DNA of 64,000 nucleotides from Chitinophagales bacterium (GTDB lineage Bacteria; Bacteroidota; Bacteroidia; Chitinophagales; JADIYW01): NCBI GenBank assembly GCA_046329865.1, contig JAXLTW010000015.1, positions 10,935 to 74,934 of the forward strand, read 5' to 3'. Shown piece by piece: positions 58,440 to 64,000 of this stretch (position 1 is its first letter; each line of letters starts with the position of its first letter). The notes under the pieces were generated by a model. It saw only the letters and a program-made list of their open reading frames with translations, ran no database searches and was not told where the DNA came from. The position numbers and the translations under genes were made by a program.

Positions 58440-59690
58440 TTATTTCATCAAATTTCGGACTCGTTCCAGCAAAGGCGGATGGGAGTAATGAAAGAATACA
58501 TACCATTTATCCGGGTTGAGGTTGGATAAATTATTGGCGGACAATTTACGCAGTGCGGATATCAGATGCTGACCTGTTCCTGTTTTTTCTTTGGCGTAAT
58601 TATCTGCTTCAAATTCGTTTTTTCGCGACAGCATATTCATGAAGATACCTGTAATCATGGAGATAGGACTGTACAACAGACTAAACGCAATCAATCCCAA
58701 ATGGAATACAGGAACATCCGTTTGCAGTCCAAGTGCCTGCGACAGCGCCGGCAGGTTAATGAACAACGACAGGATAAACAGGATGGCTCCCATTTGTGCA
58801 ACACCAATCAACATACCTGTCCGGATGTGCTTCATTTTATAATGCCCCACTTCATGCGCGAGCACACTCACCAGTTCTTCTTCCGTTTGTTCATTAATAA
58901 GCGTATCAAACAATACAATCGTTTTTCTGGAGCCAAGACCGCTGAAATAAGCATTGGCTTTGGTGCTGCGTTTGGAACCGTCAATCACGAAAATATTGGT
59001 CAGCGGAAATTGCACCTTGCCCGCAAAGACTTCAATCTTTTCTCTGAGGCTGCCGGCTTCCAGCGGTTTTAATTTATTGAAAATCGGAACAATGAGCGTG
59101 GTATAAAATAAGGTGATGAAAATCGTAAACGCTGTAAACAAGGCCCAGGCATATATCCAGAAATAGCTTCCCGCCATTGTGTAAAACCAAACAAATAAAC
59201 TCAATAAACTGCCGCCGATGACACTTCCCAGCAGATAACCTTTGATTTTATCGGATAAATAGGTCTTCCAGGACATTTTATTAAAACCATATTTTTCTTC
59301 AATTACAAAAATCCCATACAGTTCAAATGGTAAACCGATGACATCTGATGCGAAGGCAAATAAGCCAAAAAATAAAAGTGCCTGCAAAACAGGCGAGGAG
59401 GTGATTTCCGCAATCTCTATGTGTACGTATGCAAATCCTTTCAGGCTCAGGAAAACAATAATCAGCGCGGTACTGAAAACCGAAGTAATCAGGCTTAAGC
59501 GTTCTGTCGCTTTATGGTAATTTCTGGCTTTGGCATATTTCTCTTCATCATAAATACCTTCGAGTTCCCTAGGTATCGGTTTATCCCATGTTTTGGAATT
59601 TCTGTAATCCAGTATAAATTCCAGTATAAAATCAAACAGGATAAAGGCGAGAATCAAGATCGTTAAAAGTGATATTCCTTGTGTGAGCAT
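58440..59690 (-). CDS. M48 family (Ste24/HtpX-like) integral-membrane zinc metallopeptidase
   Basis: Multiple TM segments. HEVGHYKMKH is an HExxH motif. NEFEADNYA and HPPLLERV motifs are also present. Confidence 0.85.
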   Translation of the reverse strand: MLTQGISLLTILILAFILFDFILEFILDYRNSKTWDKPIPRELEGIYDEEKYAKARNYHKATERLSLITSVFSTALIIVFLSLKGFAYVHIEIAEITSSPVLQALLFFGLFAFASDVIGLPFELYGIFVIEEKYGFNKMSWKTYLSDKIKGYLLGSVIGGSLLSLFVWFYTMAGSYFWIYAWALFTAFTIFITLFYTTLIVPIFNKLKPLEAGSLREKIEVFAGKVQFPLTNIFVIDGSKRSTKANAYFSGLGSRKTIVLFDTLINEQTEEELVSVLAHEVGHYKMKHIRTGMLIGVAQMGAILFILSLFINLPALSQALGLQTDVPVFHLGLIAFSLLYSPISMITGIFMNMLSRKNEFEADNYAKEKTGTGQHLISALRKLSANNLSNLNPDKWYVFFHYSHPPLLERVRNLMK

Positions 59691-59778
59691 GCTGCAAAAA
59701 TAGGCAGATTTTAGGAATGCTGCTCAATGATACTTTATGGTAACATTTCCTGAGGCAAAATATGTCGTTTAGCCTATT

Positions 59779-61263
59779 TCATGTATAGGAATAATGATTC
59801 AAATCGGATGTACAGCTCATCTCTTTTGATTTGGCAACGGTCAGCGGGCGTAAAAACGGAGCATCCCCGAATTTATCAAAATAGTAACTGTTGGATGAAG
59901 CGCAGTTGTTGTTCAGAAAAACCGTGTTTTGCTGTTGTTTCAGGATAAATTTGAAATAGTTGTCATGTTCCTGCTGTTTGATTTCAAAAGCCGAGGCTTT
60001 CCTGTTGCGTTGCTCATTCAGCACCCGCATGATATGTGTCAGTTGGATTTCTATCATGTCAAACCACGACAATCCGGATGCGGCATAGGGACCGAAAATG
60101 ATAAAGAAATTGGGGAAATTGGGCACGGAACAGCCCTGATAAGCCTGTAATCTGTGCGTACTCCAGAATTCGCCGAGTTCCATTCCGTTTTTTCCAAACA
60201 GCTGGTAGTTGAGGTAGTTGGTATTCTTCATTACATTGAAGCCGGTAGCGGCAATGAGGGTATCGATTTTTCGGATAGTACCATTTTTAGTGATGATACT
60301 GTCTTTCGTGATTTTAGAAATGCCATCTGTGACCAATTCTACATTTGTTCTGTTGAAGGCAGGATAGAAGTCGTTTGAAAAACTGGGGCGTTTACACCCA
60401 AACCCGTAATTTGGTGTCAGTTTTCGCCGGATTTCAGCGTCTTTAACCTGTTGTTTTAAATTATACAGACAAATTTTTTCCAGGTATTTAATCAGGAAGG
60501 GATATTGTTTATAGTTGACGACACTCGTTACCATCACGGTTTGTGTCAGCATGTCGGTAAGTTTTCGAACAGTGTTTTGTGAAAGCGGCAGGGTGGAAAA
60601 TACATTTCTGATGATATCCGGAATGGCGGCATCGGGTTTTGGAAAAATCCAGATGGGCGTTCGTTGAAAAACATACAGATGTTCCACTATCGGGGCGATG
60701 GCCGGTACGAGTTGTACACTGGTGGCGCCGGTCCCGATAACCGCCACTCTTTTGTTCGTCAGGTTGTACGAATGATCCCATCTGGCGGTATGTATCACTT
60801 TTCCTTCAAAGGTGTCAAACCCTTCAATATCCGGGAATTTAGGGTCGGTCAGTGCACCTGTCGCAGATATCAGGATATTGGAGATGTAGGTTTTACCACT
60901 CTTCAAAGTGACTGTCCAGCTGGTATTGGATTCATCATAAACGGCTTTCTCCACTTCACTGTTGAAGCGAAAATTCTGCCGTATTCCGTATTTGTCGACG
61001 CAGTGATTGGCATAGCGGAATAATTCTTCGCCGGGCGCAAACACCCTGCTCCAATTGGGGTTCTGCTCAAAGGAGTAAGAGTAGGTAAATGAGGTGATAT
61101 CCACCGCCACTCCCGGATACCGGTTGTCGCGCCAGGTGCCTCCGATATCACGCTCCCTTTCCAAAATCAGAAAGGAAAAGCCGGCTTCTTTGAGCTTGAT
61201 ACCGGCTCCGATACCGGAAAACCCGGAACCAATGATGATGACTTCTGTATCTGTTTTTTTCAT
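59779..61263 (-). CDS. Flavin-containing / Baeyer-Villiger-type monooxygenase
   Basis: N-terminal FAD fingerprint IIIGSGFSGIGAG, GGTWRDNRYPG, and a second dinucleotide fingerprint VAVIGTGATSVQ. Confidence 0.8.
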   Translation of the reverse strand: MKKTDTEVIIIGSGFSGIGAGIKLKEAGFSFLILERERDIGGTWRDNRYPGVAVDITSFTYSYSFEQNPNWSRVFAPGEELFRYANHCVDKYGIRQNFRFNSEVEKAVYDESNTSWTVTLKSGKTYISNILISATGALTDPKFPDIEGFDTFEGKVIHTARWDHSYNLTNKRVAVIGTGATSVQLVPAIAPIVEHLYVFQRTPIWIFPKPDAAIPDIIRNVFSTLPLSQNTVRKLTDMLTQTVMVTSVVNYKQYPFLIKYLEKICLYNLKQQVKDAEIRRKLTPNYGFGCKRPSFSNDFYPAFNRTNVELVTDGISKITKDSIITKNGTIRKIDTLIAATGFNVMKNTNYLNYQLFGKNGMELGEFWSTHRLQAYQGCSVPNFPNFFIIFGPYAASGLSWFDMIEIQLTHIMRVLNEQRNRKASAFEIKQQEHDNYFKFILKQQQNTVFLNNNCASSNSYYFDKFGDAPFLRPLTVAKSKEMSCTSDLNHYSYT

Positions 61264-61436
61264 CTTCGGAATCTTAGCATGTCAAAAGGTAGGGGGTTAT
61301 TTTTATTTTGTATTTAAACATAAGATAATTTGATTGACAAATGGCAGGAATGCCGGTTTCAAACGCATTCTGATTTTTTATTTATTCGCTTTTTTGTAAC
61401 TTCATGCTTTCAATCATTTCGCATTAGTTAGTTAAT

Positions 61437-62336
61437 ATGCTGTACCACAACGATAAATCCATTTTATTTTTCAACGGAGAATTTAAAAATGTAAAAGATT
61501 TCAGAATCAGTCCCTTTAATCAGACACTGCATTACGGCTATGGGGTATTTGAAGGCCTGAGAGCGTATAATGCACAACAGGGGCCGCATATTTTTAAGGT
61601 CAAACGACATTTTGAGCGATTATCGAAATCAGCTGAAAAGCTGAATATTCAGATGCCTTATACTGTTCAGGAGATGATAAATTTCGCCTATGAGCTGATT
61701 GAGCGCAACGAATTAAGGGAGGCATATATCCGTCCATTGGTATTCATGGATAAAAACATGACACTCAGGGCACACGATGCGGATAAACCGAATATCCTGA
61801 TGACTTGCTGGAAATGGAACCGTTATTATCCATCCAATCATCTAAAGGTATTGGTTTCTTCCTGGAGAAGACCGCATCCCAAAACTATGCCGGTGGATAT
61901 CAAAGCTACCGGGAATTATATCAATTCCATTCTGGCTACGCGCGAAGCCATTCAGGGTGGATATGACGATGCCCTGTTGATGGACGTGGAAGGCTACATC
62001 GTTACAGGTCCCGGCGCTTCTTTTATCATGGAAAAGAACGGCAAATTGATTGTTCCGCCGGTTCACAATATTTTTCCGGGCATTACAAGGTCTACATTGA
62101 TTGATATTGCCAAACAGATGGGAATAGAGGTGGTTGAAAAGCAATTTGGTGTGGAAGAGGTCATCAACGCAGACGGTGCTTTTTTTACGGGCACAGCTGC
62201 CGAAGTGGCCGGAATTGAGAGTATTAACGGTCATAAACTTAAATTAGCCTGGGAAGATACCATCGGTCATTTACTCCATAACCGGTATAAACGCATTGTT
62301 TCCGGAAAAGATACTAACTTCCTGGAATACTTTTAA
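61437..62336 (+). CDS. ilvE: Branched-chain amino acid aminotransferase (class IV)
   Basis: GVFEGLRAY, YIRPLVF, GITRSTLIDIAK and FFTGTAAEV motifs. Confidence 0.85.
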   Translation: MLYHNDKSILFFNGEFKNVKDFRISPFNQTLHYGYGVFEGLRAYNAQQGPHIFKVKRHFERLSKSAEKLNIQMPYTVQEMINFAYELIERNELREAYIRPLVFMDKNMTLRAHDADKPNILMTCWKWNRYYPSNHLKVLVSSWRRPHPKTMPVDIKATGNYINSILATREAIQGGYDDALLMDVEGYIVTGPGASFIMEKNGKLIVPPVHNIFPGITRSTLIDIAKQMGIEVVEKQFGVEEVINADGAFFTGTAAEVAGIESINGHKLKLAWEDTIGHLLHNRYKRIVSGKDTNFLEYF

Positions 62337-62381
62337 CGGCACATCAGCGGATAAATGCTTAAATTTGCATAACCGTATCCA

Positions 62382-64000
62382 ATGAAAGTAATCATTCACT
62401 TTCTTTTCTTGTTTTTTTGTTTTCAAACTACATTCGCTAATGTTACGTTGATCCCTTACGGTGCTTCCTGGAAATACCTCGATAACGGCACTGATCAGGG
62501 GACAGCCTGGACAGGAACATCTTTTAATGATGCCTCGTGGGCATCCGGCAATGGTCAGCTGGGATACGGCGATGGAGACGAAGCCACCATAGTAAGTTTT
62601 GGTGGTAATGCCGCTGCCAAATACATCACTACCTACTTTAGAAAAAATATTACGATTGGCAGCACCGCCACCTACCTGGATTATACCCTGAATGTAAAAA
62701 GAGATGACGGAGTTGTCGTATACATTGATGGTACGGAAGTTTTCAGAAGCAACCTGGCAGCCGGTGCGGTAACCTATACCACCTTAGCGGTTAATGCGGC
62801 AGATGACGGCAATACCGCACAAAGTACCACCTTGACGGTTGCACAGCTGCCTGCCGGTAATCACACAATAGCCGTTGAAATGCATCAGACGAATGCTACC
62901 AGTTCTGACCTTTCTTTTGATTTGGAGTTGGTGGCGAATGAGGCTACAGTGATTAATTTTGGCGGCAGCTGGAAATACCTGGATAATGGCACCAACCAGG
63001 GAACGACATGGACAGCCACCACTTTTAACGATGCTGCCTGGGCTGCTGGTAATGCTGAATTGGGTTACGGAGACGGCGATGAAACAACGGTGATTGGTTA
63101 TGGTGGCAACGCTTCGAATAAATATATCACGACCTATTTTCGCAAAAATATTACCATCGGCAGTACGGCATTGTTTTCAGATTATACGATGAATATGGTG
63201 GTTGATGACGGAATCGTCGTGTATATTGACGGAACGGAAGTATACAGGAATAATATGCCGGCAGGTGTTATCGGTTATCTTACACTGGCATCATCCGCTT
63301 ATGATAATTTTCCCCTCACAACTAATCTCAGCCTGGCACAATTACCAACCGGTAACCATACGATTGCCGTGGAAGTGCATCAGACAGCAGTCACCAGTTC
63401 GGATGTCAGTTTTAATCTGGAACTAAAAGCGAATATAGCGAATGCCGTTTCTGTCACCCGGGGGCCGTATCTGAATTTGGCCACACAAAATTCGGTACAT
63501 ATACGATGGAGAACGAGCAGTGCTTCCAATTCTGTGGTGAACTTTGGAACTACAGATGGAGTTTTGGCATCATCTATAACGGATGCCACGCTTACAACGG
63601 AGCATGATGTGACTGTATCCGGTCTGTATCCGGATACAAAATATTATTATTCGGTGGGTAATTCCAGTCCTTCCGTACAAACTTTAAATGCAGGAGCGAA
63701 TTACTATTTTTATACCCTTCCTTTGAAAGGAACGGAACGGGTTGCCAGAATATGGGCAATGGGTGATTGTGGAAATAATTCTTCCAATCAGCGGAATGTC
63801 CGTAACAGCTATATGAGTTTTATGGGAGGGAACCATACGGACGTCTTGCTTCTATTGGGAGATAATGCCTATAACGCCGGCACAGATGCGGAATACACCA
63901 ATAATTTCTATCCGATTTATCAGGATTCCTTACTGCGGAATGTAATCCTTTGGCCGGCTCCGGGCAATCACGATTATGCCAATAACGGAACGCGGCAGAA
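62382..64000 (+). CDS. Secreted metallophosphoesterase (purple-acid-phosphatase-like) with a duplicated N-terminal ~165-aa module, 3' end outside the window
   Basis: Absent from the ORF track because the frame runs off the window without a stop. ATG 62382 gives the signal peptide MKVIIHFLFLFFCFQTTFA. There are two copies of SWKYLDNGT-QGT-WT...LGYGDGDE-T...KYITTYFRKNITIGS...VVYIDGTEV. These are followed by VTRGPYLN, an FN3-like stretch, and GDCG...GDNAY...PGNHDY metallophosphoesterase motifs. Confidence 0.8.
   Translation, partial: MKVIIHFLFLFFCFQTTFANVTLIPYGASWKYLDNGTDQGTAWTGTSFNDASWASGNGQLGYGDGDEATIVSFGGNAAAKYITTYFRKNITIGSTATYLDYTLNVKRDDGVVVYIDGTEVFRSNLAAGAVTYTTLAVNAADDGNTAQSTTLTVAQLPAGNHTIAVEMHQTNATSSDLSFDLELVANEATVINFGGSWKYLDNGTNQGTTWTATTFNDAAWAAGNAELGYGDGDETTVIGYGGNASNKYITTYFRKNITIGSTALFSDYTMNMVVDDGIVVYIDGTEVYRNNMPAGVIGYLTLASSAYDNFPLTTNLSLAQLPTGNHTIAVEVHQTAVTSSDVSFNLELKANIANAVSVTRGPYLNLATQNSVHIRWRTSSASNSVVNFGTTDGVLASSITDATLTTEHDVTVSGLYPDTKYYYSVGNSSPSVQTLNAGANYYFYTLPLKGTERVARIWAMGDCGNNSSNQRNVRNSYMSFMGGNHTDVLLLLGDNAYNAGTDAEYTNNFYPIYQDSLLRNVILWPAPGNHDYANNGTRQ

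Noticed and set aside
62439-63430. Internal duplication in the metallophosphoesterase N-terminus as something unusual
   Set aside because: Two tandem copies of a common accessory beta-sandwich-type module. An ordinary domain duplication with intact frame, not noteworthy beyond annotation.

Overview
This 64-kb window looks like a Bacteroidota chromosome: it has T9SS type A and type B C-terminal sorting domains, TAnnTTTG-type promoter boxes and lipoprotein-rich surface loci. No rRNA, tRNA or CRISPR array was recognised.

Layout:
- (1) 1-10.2 kb: secreted nuclease, TonB-dependent receptor and DUF5689-like lipoprotein locus, probably for extracellular nucleic-acid or phosphorus scavenging. It contains one frameshifted T9SS cargo gene and one decayed EEP nuclease gene.
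- (2) 10.4-15.6 kb: one 1734-aa repeat adhesin with a T9SS type B sorting domain.
- (3) 15.8-42.5 kb: ten co-directional genes, tightly packed or overlapping and visibly AT-rich. They are mostly signal-peptide proteins with no family I can name. They include a 1660-aa protein with an SpvB/TcB-N-terminal-like motif and a 608-aa protein ending in YD repeats. The cluster ends in a DUF6443-type RHS/YD polymorphic toxin whose C-terminal tip carries a parvovirus-VP1u-like phospholipase A2 motif. I consider this the best candidate for an undescribed system: an RHS toxin delivery or assembly apparatus with no recognisable T6SS, TcA or eCIS parts.
- (4) 42.5-49.35 kb: a decayed region of orphan toxin tips, immunity candidates, three degraded Y1 (IS200/RAYT-like) transposase genes, at least 8 REP-like hairpins and a 225-bp tandem structured repeat.
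- (5) 49.36-64 kb: ordinary core genes (DUF885, OM channel, gamma-CA-like, GT9, rlmH, rpmA, rplU, PhoD-like, M48 peptidase, flavin monooxygenase, ilvE, metallophosphoesterase).

A recurring theme is clusters of single-base frameshifts, often in homopolymers. These could be true pseudogenisation or assembly error, and I cannot tell which from sequence alone. All family assignments rest on motif recognition by eye; no searches were run.
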